The notes under the pieces: generated by a model
Databases searched by the model: none
What the model saw: only the letters and a program-made list of their open reading frames with translations
What the model was told of the DNA's origin: nothing
DNA from: Eledone cirrhosa
Taxonomy: Eukaryota
Length of the DNA stretch: 64,000 nt
NCBI GenBank assembly: GCA_964016885.1
Contig: OZ024752.1
Coordinates: forward strand, 38,440,001-38,504,000
Direction of reading: 5' to 3'
Shown here: positions 26,948-40,700 of the stretch, piece after piece
Layout: the number at the start of each line of letters is the position of its first letter
Numbering within the stretch: the stretch's first letter is position 1
Translations under genes and position numbers: made by a program

Positions 26948-28698
26948 GTGTGTATAGATATATTTATTAGAATATATATATAAGTATATATATATATATT
27001 TATCCTTATTGAGCCCTCTTTGGATTTTAGTCTTCATATTTATTATTATTACTATCATCATCATCATCATCATCATTTGACATCCGCTTTTCCCTGCTTG
27101 CAAGGGTGGGACATATATGTATATGTATATGTAATGTATATGTATTTATATTCAGTAGGATTCAATTATTAGTATTATTTTCTTTAATATAAAAGGGCGG
27201 TGGATTGGCAGTATCGGTAGAGGGTCGGACGCCATGCTTTCCAGCATAGTTACGTCCCTTTACGATCTGAGTTCAAATCCCGCCGAGGTTGACTTTGCCT
27301 TTCATCCTTACGGGGGTCGATAAAATAAAGTACCAGTAATGCACTGGGTAATTGCTGGCCTTGTGCCTAAAGTAGAAACAATTATTTCACGGTGAATTGG
27401 CAGTATCGGTAGAGGGTCGGACGCCATGCTTTCCAGCATAGTTACGTCCCTTTACGATCTGAGTTCAAATCCCGCCGAGGTTGACTTTTCCTTTCATCCT
27501 TACGGGGTCGATAAAATAAAGTACCAGTAATGCACTGGGTAATTGCTGGCCTTGTGCCTAAAGTAGAAACAATTATTTCACGGTGAATTGGCAGTATCGG
27601 TAGAGGGTCGGACGCCATGCTTTCCAGCATAGTTACGTCCCTTTACGATCTGAGTTCAAATCCCGCCGAGGTTGACTTTTCCTTTCATCCTTACGGGGTC
27701 GATAAAATAAAGTACCAGTAATGCACTGGGTAATTGCTGGCCTTGTGCCTAAAGTAGAAACAATTATTTCACGGTGAATTGGCAGTATCGGTAGAGGGTC
27801 GGACGCCATGCTTTCCAGCATAGTTACGTCCCTTTACGATCTGAGTTCAAATCCCGCCGAGGTTGACTTTTCCTTTCATCCTTACGGGGTCGATAAAATA
27901 AAGTACCAGTAATGCACTGGATTATTGCTGGCTTTGTGCCTAAAGTAGAAACAATTATTCTATAAAGTACCAGTAATGCACTGGGTTATTGCTGGCTTTG
28001 TGCCTAAAGTAGAAACAATTATTCTATAAAGTACCAGTAATGCACTGGGTTATTGCTAGCCTTGTGCCTAACGTAGAAACAATTATTTTCTTTAATATTG
28101 TTAATCACATGTAGGGTATACACATTTCTTCTTCTTCTTCACCCACTTATTCCTTAGAGGGTCATGGGGGGTCCTTAAATACACCATCCAGTGGAACCGT
28201 GTCGAAAGCAACTGTTTCCAATTGATCCAACTTGATTCCCAAGCGAGACCTGGAATGACTCTCATCTTACTTGTAATATTAGACATCGTTACTTGTTACT
28301 GTTGTTGTTGTTGTTGTTGTTACTGTTTCTGTTGTTGTTGTTACTGTTCCTGTTGTTGTTGTTGTTGTCACTGCTACTGTTGTTGTTGTTGTTATTGTTA
28401 CTGTTGTTGTTGTTGTTGTTACTGTTTCTGTTGTTGTTGTTACTGTTCCTGTTGTTGTTGTTATTGTTACTGTTCCTGTTGTTGTTGTTGTTGTTGTTGT
28501 TACTGTTTTTGTTGTTGTTGTTGTTACTGTTCCTGTTGTTGTTGTTGTTATTGTCACTGTTCCTGTTGTTGTTGTTGTTTCTGCTACTGTTGTTGTTGTT
28601 ATTGTTACTGTTGTTGTTGTTGTTACTGTTCCTGTTGTTGTTGTTGTTATTGTTATTGTTCCTGTTGTTGTTGTTGTTACTGCTATTGTTGTTGTTAC

Positions 28699-28729
<31 letters not shown>

Positions 28730-31700
28730 ACTGTTGTTGTTGCTGTTATTGTTGTTACTGTTCCTGTTGTTGTTGTTACTGCTACTGTTGTTGTTGTTGT
28801 TACTGCTACTGTTGTTGTTGTTACTGCTACTGTTGTTGTTGTTGTTACTGTTGTTGTTGTTACTGCTACTGTTGTTGTTGTTGTTGTTGTTCCTGTTATT
28901 GTTTAACCACATATTTGCTCTATTTGAGCTATTCAACAGACAAAGGCATTCCATGTGTAGTTTTTTTTTAATAGGTACATCATAACCCTGTGGGTCATTA
29001 GAGGTTACTAAAACACTAAATAGATATATCATAACCCTGTGGGTCGTTAGAGGTTACTAAAACACTAAATAAGTATATTGTAACTCTGTGGGTTATTAGA
29101 GGTTACTAAAACACTAAATAGATATATCATAACTCTGTGGGTTATTAGAGGTTACTAAAACACTAAATAGATATATCATAACTCTGTGGGTCGTTAAAGG
29201 TTACTAAAACACTAAATAGATATATCATAACTCTGTGGGTTATTAGAGGTTACTAAAACACTAAATAGATATATCATAACTCTGTGGGTTGTTAGAGGTT
29301 ACTAAAACACTAAATAAGTATATTGTAACTCTGTGGGTCGTTAAAGGTTTCTAAAACACTAAATAGATATATCATAACTCTGTGGGTTATTAGAGGTTAC
29401 TAAAACACTAAATAGATATATCATAACTCTGTGGGTTATTAGAGGTTACTAAAACACTAAATAGATATATCATAACTCTGTGGGTTATTAGAGGTTACTA
29501 AAACACTAAATAGATATATCATAACCCTGTGGGTCATTAGAGGTTACTAAACACTAAATAAGTATATTGTAACTCTGTGGGTCGTTAGAGGTTTCTAAAA
29601 CACTAAATAGATATATCATAACTCTGTGGGTCATTAGAGGTTACTAAAACACTAAATAGATATATCATAACTCTGTGGGTTATTAGAGGTTACTAAAACA
29701 CTAAATAGATATATCATAACTCTGTGGGTTATTAGAGGTTACTAAAACACTAAATAGATATATCATAACCCTGTGGGTCATTAGAGGTTACTAAACACTA
29801 AATAAGTATATTGTAACTCTGTGGGTCGTTAAAGGTTTCTAAAACACTAAATAGATATATCATAACTCTGTGGGTTATTAGAGGTTACTAAAACACTAAA
29901 TAGATATATCATAACCCTGTGGGTCATTAGAGGTTACTAAACACTAAATAAGTATATTGTAACTCTGTGGGTCGTTAAAGGTTTCTAAAACACTAAATAG
30001 ATATATCATAACTCTGTGGGTTATTAGAGGTTACTAAAACACTAAATAGATATATCATAACCCTGTGGGTCGTTAGAGGTTACTAAAACACTAAATAGAT
30101 ATATCATAACCCTGTGGGTCATTAGAGGTTACTAAAACACTAAATAAGTATATTGTAACTCTGTGGGTCGTTAAAGGTTTCTAAAACACTAAATAGATAT
30201 ATCATAACCCTGTGGGTCATTAGAGGTTACTAAACACTAAATAAGTATATTGTAACTCTGTGGGTCGTTAAAGGTTTCTAAAACACTAAATAGATATATC
30301 ATAACCCTGTGGGTTGTTAGAGGTTACTAAACACTAAATATTTAAAAATGGTTACTAATAGACTAAAAGTATTGGTATAAGGAAGGACATCCAGCCATAA
30401 AAGACTTCGTCAAGAACTCCCACTGAAACATCAATGTAAAACTAATGATAATAATTCCAGCTGTGACTATACATATAAATATGACTTGAAATAATGATGT
30501 TGGTGGGGGTGACAGTGGTGGTGGTGGTGTGAGGTGATAGTGTTGTTGGTGGTGGTGTGGGGCAATAGTGTTGTTGGTGGTTGTGACAGTGGTGGTGGTG
30601 GTGTGGGGTAATAGTGTTGTTGGTGGTGGTGTGGGGCAATAGTGTTGTTGGTGGTGGTGTGGGGCAATAGTGTTGTTGGTGGTTGTGACAGTGGTGGTGG
30701 TGGTGTGGGGTGATAGTGTTGTTGGTGGTGGTGTGGGGCAATAGTGTTGTTGGTGGTGGTGACAGTGGTGGTGGTGGTGGTGTGGGGTAATAGTGTTGTT
30801 GGTGGTGGTGTGGGGCAATAGTGTTGTTGGTGGTGGTGTGGGGCAATAGTATTGTTGGTGGTGGTGTGGGGTAATAGTGTTGTTGGTGGTGGTGAGGGGG
30901 TAACAGTGTTGTTGTTGTTGTTGTTGATGGTGGCAGTGCCCTTCGTAGTCGTAGTGGTGGTAACAGTGATGATGATGATTCCCTATCTTGGAATACACGA
31001 TTCAATGTGCCCATCCCACTTTTTAAAGATTAGTATTGATGCTGCTTTTGTTTATTTTTTCCCATATTAAACAGCAATAACTATAACTAGATGTTACTAG
31101 TATATAACTATAACTAGATGTTATTAGTATATACCATTATTTGCTCCATTTAGTCTTCTTTCATCTTTCCAAAGTCAATAATATGATTACCAATAATATA
31201 CATTGATTTCATGCCTTGTGGTTGAAAAAATATAGAAAGTTGTTCGTTATATTTTTGATTCACTTCACTACTGTAGATTGATAAATCCTCCGTTCGTTTC
31301 GACGATGAACCTTAGCGGGCATAGAGTTATGTCCCTTTACATTCCGAGTTCAAATCCCACCGAGGTTAGCTTTGCCTCTCATCTTCATTGGTGGGCTGGG
31401 TGCTTTTTGCTATGTCACCAACATGACCACCTTACAGTGTGGACCAGGTGCCTTTTGTCATGTCACCAGCATGATCACTTTACAGAGTGGACTGGGTTCG
31501 TTTTTGTCATGTCACCAACATAACCACTTTACAGAGTGGACTGGGTTCGTTTTTGTCATGTCACCAGCATGATCACTTTACAGAGTGGACTGGGTTCGTT
31601 TTTGTCATGTCACCAACATAACCACTTTACAGAGTGGACTGGGTTCGTTTTTGTCATGTCACCAAGATGACCACTTTACAGGGAGGCGGGGGGGGGGGAT

Positions 31701-34700
31701 TTTGATAAATTAAGGTTTAGGTTGCACCTTACTACAGATACTACTGGCTTTTCTACATCTTTCTTTTCTTCCATTTTTTTCTTTCCTTTTTCTCTCTCTC
31801 TTTTCAGTAACAAGATTGACTGTATATCACAAATTCAGTATCTGTCATTCTGTACGAACCTCAAAAACCTGACTCTACAAGGGAATCCTGTGTGCATGAA
31901 AGAGTCTCCTGAATCCGAATCTGTGAGTAGCTGAATACTTGAGAAAAGAAACTTGTTGGGGTATGTGTAGAGCTCTTCAGAATAAACTGTGTTTATTTGG
32001 TGCTGCGTCCTGTTGAAGGGCAGAGTGGGATTTATGTATAAGCTAAACAAGCTATAGCTTAGGGCCCCCACTTTCTTGGGGCCCCGAAAAAATTGAAAAA
32101 AAAACGGTGTGTACATTTCCAAAATATAAGATAAAAAAGAACTAAAATAATGCAATAGTTTTAAACAGTTTTCTGCTTTAATATTGAATGTTTTGCAGTT
32201 TTTATAACATTTTTTATAACATGAAAGGCCCCATTATCTCAAATATCTTAGGGCCTCATCAAATCTAAATCTGGCCCTGTTGAAGGGTTAATGATGCTGA
32301 CACACACACACACACTCACTCTCTTACACGCACACACACACACACACACACACTCATTCTCACACACACACACTCACTCACTCTCACACACACACTCACT
32401 CTCACACACACACTCACTCACACACACACACACTCACTCTCACACACATACATACACACTCACAGTTTGGGGAATGTGTAGAGCTCTTCAGAATATACTG
32501 TGTTTATTTTTTGGTGCTGCATCCTGTTGAAGGGTTAATGATGCTCTCACACACACTAACTCATGCACACTCACTCACACACACACACACACAATCACAA
32601 ACGCACTCAAACACACACATACACTCACTAACACACATACATATTCACTCACATATACACACTTACTCACACATACACACTCACTCACACATACACACTC
32701 ACTCACATACACTCACACGCACGCACAGACTCACAGTTTGGGGTATGTATACAGCTCTTCAGATTAAACTGTTTATTTGGTGCTTTGTCCTGTTGAAGGG
32801 TTAACAATGCTGACACACACATACACACCCACTCTCACACACATATATACTCACTCACGCACACACACTCACACACACACACTCACTCACACACACACAC
32901 ACATTCACACACACACGTTTTGGTGCTTGTCATTTGGTTACTCAAGGAATATAAAAGTTCACCTACTCTAAGTATGAGGGGCGTCTGAAAAATTCATGGG
33001 CTGACTAAGATACTCTCATGGAATGGCCAAATGAGGTTTATTTTTCAACATAGTCCACGGAAAAAAAACAATGCAGTTATTAATAGGAAGAGTTAAAATT
33101 AATGCATGCAAGATTTCACAACTCTAGCATCACTCCTTCACAGGCTGAGCGAGATACTCTCATGGAATGACCAAGTGAGGTTTATTTTTCAACATAGTCC
33201 CTGGAAAGAAACAATGCAACTATTTAAAAGAGTTGAAATTAATACATGCAAGATTTCACAGCACTAGCATCACTCCTTCACAGGCTGAGCAAGATACTCT
33301 CATGGAATGACCAAGTGAGGTTTATTTTTCAACATAATCCCTACAAAGAGTTGAAATTAATGCATGCAGGATTTCACAACTCTAGCATCATTCTTTCATA
33401 GTCAGCCTAAGAACTTTCCAGCCTATCTTCGCATGTGCAACTCAATTTTCTCTATAGTGCAACAATAAAAAACATTTCCAAGAGATGAACCTGAATTTAC
33501 AGCTGGATATTCAATCCAACAATCCGTCCTTATATCGTACGTTTCTATGATTCCAGTCGGACTTCCACCACTCCAGTCACTTAGTTGAAATTTATGCATG
33601 CATGATTTCACAGCTCTAGCATCAAGCCTTCATAGTCAGCCTATGAGCCTGTGAACTTTACAGCTGACCTTCATAGTATTGTCTTGGCTGTTACTAAAAC
33701 GAGTATTTCAGTATTTCAGACAGATTCTCATTTAGAAAGGCCAACTTAATTGTTAAATGGTTGAATATTTTATTATTGTGTATGTGAATGTCTGTCTGTC
33801 TACTGCTGCTGATAATATGTCGGCTGACAGTTCTATATTAACTTTTAATTTTTAATTTTTATTTGATATCATTTATTTTTTGATTTGTAGGTCTGTTTTT
33901 TGGGGGGGATTTTGTTTTATTAAGTTATTTTAAGAATTTTTTCATCAAATTTAATCATTAATTTTTTTCTAAAATAAGTTAATTTAAAAATTTTTCTACA
34001 ATAATTTACTTTACTTTTTTTTCATTTAAAATATTAAAAAAATATAGAAGTTAAAATGTGAGTGTAACAAACATCAAATCCTTCACAGGAGTTAGCAACT
34101 AGTGAACATTTTATTGTTCAGCATTTTATTGATTAGCATTCATAAACACACACACCCATATACACGCACACATATGTGTGATTTCTAAATGTTAAATACA
34201 TCCATATGTGAATTATTTAAAAAAATATATATCTGTATGAGTTATATTTTTTAAGAAATAAATCCATGTGTGTTTTATTTTTTAAAGAAATACATCTGTA
34301 TGTCTTATTCTTAAATAAATACATCCGTGTATGTTTTATTTTTTAAAGAAATATATCCACATGCGTATTATTTTTAAAGAAAAACATGGTATGTGTTCTA
34401 TTTTTTAAGAAATAGGATGTTGAACCATTGGTGTCTATTTATATTATATATATATATATATATATATATCATGTTCATGTTACATCCGCTTTCCATACTG
34501 GCATGGGTTGGGTTGAACAGATTGTTACATTCCAGATCAGTTCATATGAGTCAGAGGGTCTTGGTCAAATGTTCCAATTATTGGCATAGTTTCACTGGCT
34601 TTATGGCCTTGCTAACATCAATCACCTACCAAAGTGTAATATTTGCATTTTATTTTGGCTCCAGCATGTCCTCGACAAGGCTAGAAAGCCTCCTCTACTC

Positions 34701-37700
34701 TATTATAACTTTGTTTGAGTGCTAATCCATTTACAGTGTGTATTGACTTCATTTTCTCATGGCATCAGCACATGGCAAAACAGTCCCCTCTACTTTGTGT
34801 CGGGCAAATGTATCTGAGTGTGTGATTTGAAAGGGAGAACTGACCATCTTTTTTTCATTTTCTTATTGCCATGTATGTTATACAGTTTTTTTTACTACTG
34901 GATATTTCGTATTACAATAAATTCTTGACTAGAAAAAAAAAATTCTAATCTGTCTATTTTATTTATAAGAAAGTATTAAAAGTTACTAAGCTTAAATGTC
35001 GGATTGCTTTACTAAAAAAGATAATAATAAAAATATAGAAGAAGAAACGACATAATTCACATGAAATCTTGAATAATAATAAAATAATATAGAAATGATG
35101 GCACTGTTCTTTGAATAATAATAAAAAAAAGTATATGGAGGGATGCCATAATGCACAGAAAATCTTTAAATAAAAAAAAATAATAATTTCCAAATCCATT
35201 TTCCAATAGAAAGTGTAAATTGTTATAGAAAATCTTACAAAAGTTAAATTTATTTTCCATTAAAGACATTTCATTGGGAATTTCATAAAATCGTTTTTAT
35301 GAAAGTTCTTTCCTTTCTCTTGTTATAACCAAACCAAATTCACTATAGATCGTCTGTCAGTTTTTTAATGTGTATAAAATTGACAGCAGCAAATTCTCTG
35401 AGCATAAACAATTGTATTTTTAGGAAGTGTTGAGCAAATTATAAATTTTGAATGTATATTAACTTAAAATTAACTGCTACAATGCAAGTTTTTCTTACTA
35501 TGAAAAATAGTCAAATAAGTTGAGCATATGTGCCTCCTCTTTTTCACTCACTTATTCCTGCGAGGGTCATGGGGGCAGAGTCCTCAAACACTCCTTCCAG
35601 CGGGTCTTGTCAGAAGCAATCATTTCCAATTGATTTGGCTGGATTACCCAAGCAAGACCGGCTGAGCTCATGGATGTTATCCAACCGTCTTGTTTATGGT
35701 CTACCCCCGGGTCTTCAGCCGGTTAGTTTTACCTCGTAAAATCCGACCAGCGATTTTTTTTCTTTGGACCACATGCCCATAGATATTATATGCCTGTAGA
35801 AATGGAAAAAAAAGTGGACATTGTCCCATAGGCAGTGCTGTCAGCTTCTAAGGGTTATATGCTTAACATACCTGGCTATTTTTCATAGGCTAAAACCTGT
35901 GATGATGCAGTTAGCTTTAACCTTTAGCACACTAGAAACTTTCATAAATTGCTTCCCCTGACACTGTATTATTTTTTTGAAGGGAGATTACTCTACTGGC
36001 GACATAATGCGATTGTAGAGTCCAGAAGGTTAAGCTAACATACATTCAACAGTCTCTGAGCTTAGTTTGAGGATCTTCTCTGCTGTTATCTATTTGGATT
36101 GGAATCTTACTGACAGGATCTCCTCATAAAAAAAAAAAAAAACATTTTGATGAAAATCTTTCTGACCATTATCAATTCCGATTTGTCACAGAGTTCAGTC
36201 CATTTCCCCAACCCTTTCCCTTCTCTACATCATTATAACAATCATCATTTAATGTCCGTTTACCCTGCTAGTATGGTTTGGACATGTCATCACAGACTGG
36301 TCAGTACTCAAGCAGGACTGGTGACCTGATATACAATCCCACGCTTTATTGATTGCATATTATCATTGCACGAACATTAGGGAGGGTTGTCATGTCTATG
36401 TCACAGCCAAACTCTCCTCCACACCCTTTGTTTAGCAAGCTTTCTACAACTAGGTGCCCTGCCTATTACCAGACACTTTACAGAGTGCTAAGGCAGAGTG
36501 AGGTGAGAATAGGAGGAAGATGTACTTAAAATGTTTTTTGCTGTTGTATTCATACTTCAAAATGTATTTGTTTATATAAGAATTTAACACCAGTTTAATA
36601 TTATGAGAGATTTTAGATTTTACTTCATTGAAGTCTCCTAAATCTGTAGCCTTCTCAATAACTTCACTGCATATTTCTCTTTATATGACTCTCATAAAAA
36701 CTTGAACACTCACTTTATCATGCGGGGTAGTATTTTGGGGCTATGGTTGTTTTGGTGACACAATAAAAAGCACCCAGTCCACTCTGTAAGGTGGTTATGC
36801 TGGTGACCCAATGAAAAAGTACCCAGTCCAACCTGTCAGTTAGTTGATTTGGTGCCATGCTAAAAAGCACCCAGTCCACTCTGTAAGGTGGTTATGCTGG
36901 TGACCCAATGAAAAAGTACCCAGTCCAACCTGTCAGTTAGTTGTTTTGGTGCCATGCTAAAAAGCACCTATTCCACTCTGTAAAGTGGTTACGCTGGTGA
37001 CCCAATGAAAAAGTACCCAGTCCAACCTGTCAGTTAGTTGATTTGGTGCCATGCTAAAAAGCACCCAGTCCACTCTGTAAGGTGGTTATGCTGGTGACCC
37101 AATGAAAAAGTACCCAGTCCACCCTGTCAGTTAGTTGTTTTGGTGCCATGCTAAAAAGCACCCAGTCCACCCTGTAAAGTGGTTACTGTTAGGAAAAGCA
37201 ACTAGCGATAGAAACCAAACCAGAAATAGAAAGTTCTGTATGAGCAAGTCACGGTCACCTGATCTGATTTGTTTCACATTGGGACAACTTGTCTAACCCA
37301 TGCTAGTGTGGAAAATGGACGTTAAACAGTGATGATGATGATGGTCATGATAACTTAATCCGCTCACAGACAATATATTTAAGATCCAAAAGATTTGAAA
37401 CTTTTCTAAATAGCAGAACCATTAAATCTTAATGTCCTGTACCACATGAAACCACATTAGCAAGACATTCTTGAAAAGTACAAAACAACAGTATGACTGC
37501 ATCACATTTACTTTGGTTAACTAAAAATATTCACAAAGATCTGTCCACTAGAAATTACTGGCTTGTCTCATAACGGGACAACTTGTCTAACCCATGCTAG
37601 CATGGAAAATATTCACAAAGATCTGTCCACTAGAAATTACTGGCTTGTCTCATAATGGGACAACTTGTCTAACCCATGCTAGCATGGAAAATATTCACAA

Positions 37701-40700
37701 AGATCTGTCCACTAGAAATCAGTATTGATTCTTGAGACATTTTGTCATTATGTTCCAAAGTATGTTATTATTATCTTTTGTTTCTTTCAGACTGATTACA
37801 ACTACCGTCAATCTGTAGTGGAATGTGTGCCACAGTTGAAGTATTTTGATGACAAGCTGATAGGTGATGATACACCTGATGAAAATGTCAACATATTCAA
37901 CGAAGATTGGGATTATTTGATGAAATTGCAGCAGGAACTCAACTTAGATGAACAACTGTCTGTTTTTGAAGACAGTGTCAGTAAGTGGAGGCTATATTTT
38001 AATGTAAGCCTTCCGGCGCTAAGGGGTTTTGGGGGCTTAAGCCCCTCCAATAATTTGTTTCAATATACAGTGGAACCTCAATTCAGGAATTTAATTTGTT
38101 CCTGGAGGTCATTTGTCATCTGAAATGTTTGTAAACCAAAACTATTTTTCCCATACGAAATGTTGAAAGAGAGAGAGACTGTGTGTGAAAGACAGATAGA
38201 TATCACCATTGTAACTAACTTCACAGCAAGTGATGCTTTCCTGCCTACACTCCCAGCTTGTTGCCAACCATTGTTGCTGGCTTGCATGTTCGTCACATGA
38301 GAGGTTTTATGTTTGGAAAAATTGTTCATGAACTGATTTATTTGTGATGAGAGGCGTTCGTGAACTGAGGTTCCACTGTAGTTGTGCTTTGGTTTTTACT
38401 ACACTGATTTTCTATTGACTCTAAATATGTTTTGAATTTCTTCCTGAGTATTGATGATAAAAAAGCCTGAGCTAATAATAATACACATGTACAGTGTATA
38501 TATATATACACTTAATCCCCCCACCTCATCCCCAAACTGTAACAGAAGCTCTGTAATGTTGATATTATCAGGTGTAAAGGTGCATGGCTTAGTGGTTAGA
38601 GAATTGAATTCGCTCTTGTGAACCTGTCCAACCCATGCTAGCAGGGAAAATGGATGTTAAACTATGATGATGAAATAGTAACTAGGGTTGTTTTTTCTTT
38701 TTTCTTTTTTCTTTTTATTGATGTAGTCACAAATAAGGGCATTGAATTGGCAGAGTCATTAGAATATCAGATAGATCAGGCATGTCAAACATGCGGCCTG
38801 CACAAAGGTTTTACAGCGCGAGTGTAATATAAAATAAAAAATATTAGTTGTAATGTGAGCAATTAATTGTCATGTGGAGGCACATGGCTTAGTGGTTAGA
38901 GCATTGGCCTTGCAATCGAAAGGTTGTGAGTTCAATTCTCAGACCGGGTGATGTGTTGTTTCCTTGAGCAAGACACTTTATTTCACATTGCTCCAGTTTA
39001 CTCAGCTGTAGAAATGAGATGATAGGGACTGGGGTCCCTATCATTCCACTGCAAAGTGGTCGTGGAGGTGCCACGGCAAAAAAACACCCAGCACTCACTG
39101 TAAATGAGGTTGGTGTCAGGAAGGGCATTCAGCTGTAGAAATGAGATGATAGGGACTGGGGTCCCTATCATTCCACTGCAAAGTGGTCGTGGAGGTGCCA
39201 TGGCAAAAAAGCACCCAGCTCACACTGTAAATGAGGTTGGTGTTAGGAAGGGCATTCAGCTGTAGAAATGAGATGATAGGGACTGGGTTCCCTATCATTC
39301 CACTGCAACGTGGTCGTGGAGGTGCCACGGCAAAAAAGCTCCCAGCTCACACTGTAAACGAGGTTGGTGTTAGGAAGGGCATTCAGCTGTAGAAATGAGA
39401 TGATAGGGACTGGGTTCCCTATCATTCCACTGCAACGTGGTCGTGGAGGTGCCACGGCAAAAAAGCTCCCAGCTCACACTGTAAATGAGGTTGGTGTTAG
39501 GAAGGGCATCCAGCTGTAGAAATGAGATGATAGGGACTGGGTTCCCTATCATTCCACTGCAACGTGGTCGTGGAGGTGCCACGGCAAAAAAGCACCCAGC
39601 ACTCACTGTAAATGAGGTTGGTGTTAGGAAGGGCATCCAGCTGTAGAAATCAAGCCAGAATCAGTTCCCGTCCCACCCTTGCAAGCAGGGAAAAGCGGAC
39701 GTAAAATGAAATGAATGAATGAATGTGTGGCCCTCAGGCAACACGTGGGATCCATGTGGCCCTCAGACGACCCTTGGTTTGACATGGCTGAGATAGACGA
39801 CTTTGCAGTGTCTGTACTGGCTCTCTGCTCTCTCAGTTCAAATCCCAATAAGTTAAACTTTGCCTTTCATCCATTCAAGATCGATAAAAAAAAAAAAGTA
39901 CCAGTCAAGTACTGGGGGGGGGGGGTGATTCTTCTACTACATATATCTCTTTCTAACTTCCATTCTCTTACTCTCTCTATATCCTTCTCTGGAAAAACAT
40001 CTGCTGCATTCAGTCCTGGAGAGGAGATAGGCTCCACCAAGTTTTAAAATGCCTTAGAAATGCCGTATCAATGCAACGCCCTTACAACTCCCCCAGGAGT
40101 TGTAAGGGTGTTGCAGGACCATGCATACAAATAAGTCAAAATAAGTCACAAATAAGAATAGAATTCAATATGATAAGTTGTTCTTTTAACCTAGTCATCA
40201 AATTAAACTTTAAGAACTCCACATATATTTCATTATTCTCGTTACTCACATTTTAAAATCCAAATATATATATTTTTTTTCTTTTCTGTGTGAGTGTACA
40301 TTGATTGACTTCATGGTTGACAACCAAGAAATTAAGGGAAATTAGAATAAAGCTTAGTTCTTGAGGAGAGCCATAACACAATTAGATATTTGATACAACC
40401 AGTTTAAATTGGATAGAGAAAATAAGACTGGGTGATATTCACACTTTTTTTCTCAAGGGTGTTAGTAATATAAAAGAAATAAAATTGAAATGGATACAAG
40501 TAATAAGTATCCTACATCATGGGCCCAACTCTGGGTCCTATCAGAAGTCAACGTTTGATAGATGATAGGGGGCTTGTTTATACAGAAATCTGTCAAAATA
40601 TTTTTAAAGATATTAGTTTTGGCCATATATAATATATCTGACAATATACGAGAAGGGGGGGAGTAAGCAATGCTTACTCATTTTTTCTGTTGCCCATCCA

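Noticed and set aside
28222-29032. Poly-Cys/Leu/Asn/Thr ORFs (also 2460-2856, 9084-9528, 30363-31014, 47048-47798)
   Set aside because: Translations of microsatellites inside introns
28979-30340. CRISPR-like regular repeat
   Set aside because: No unique spacers, no cas genes, eukaryotic intron
8560-39636. Recurrent 79-aa [20 protein letters not shown]...
   Set aside because: Antisense reading of the young CORE-like SINE, not a gene family
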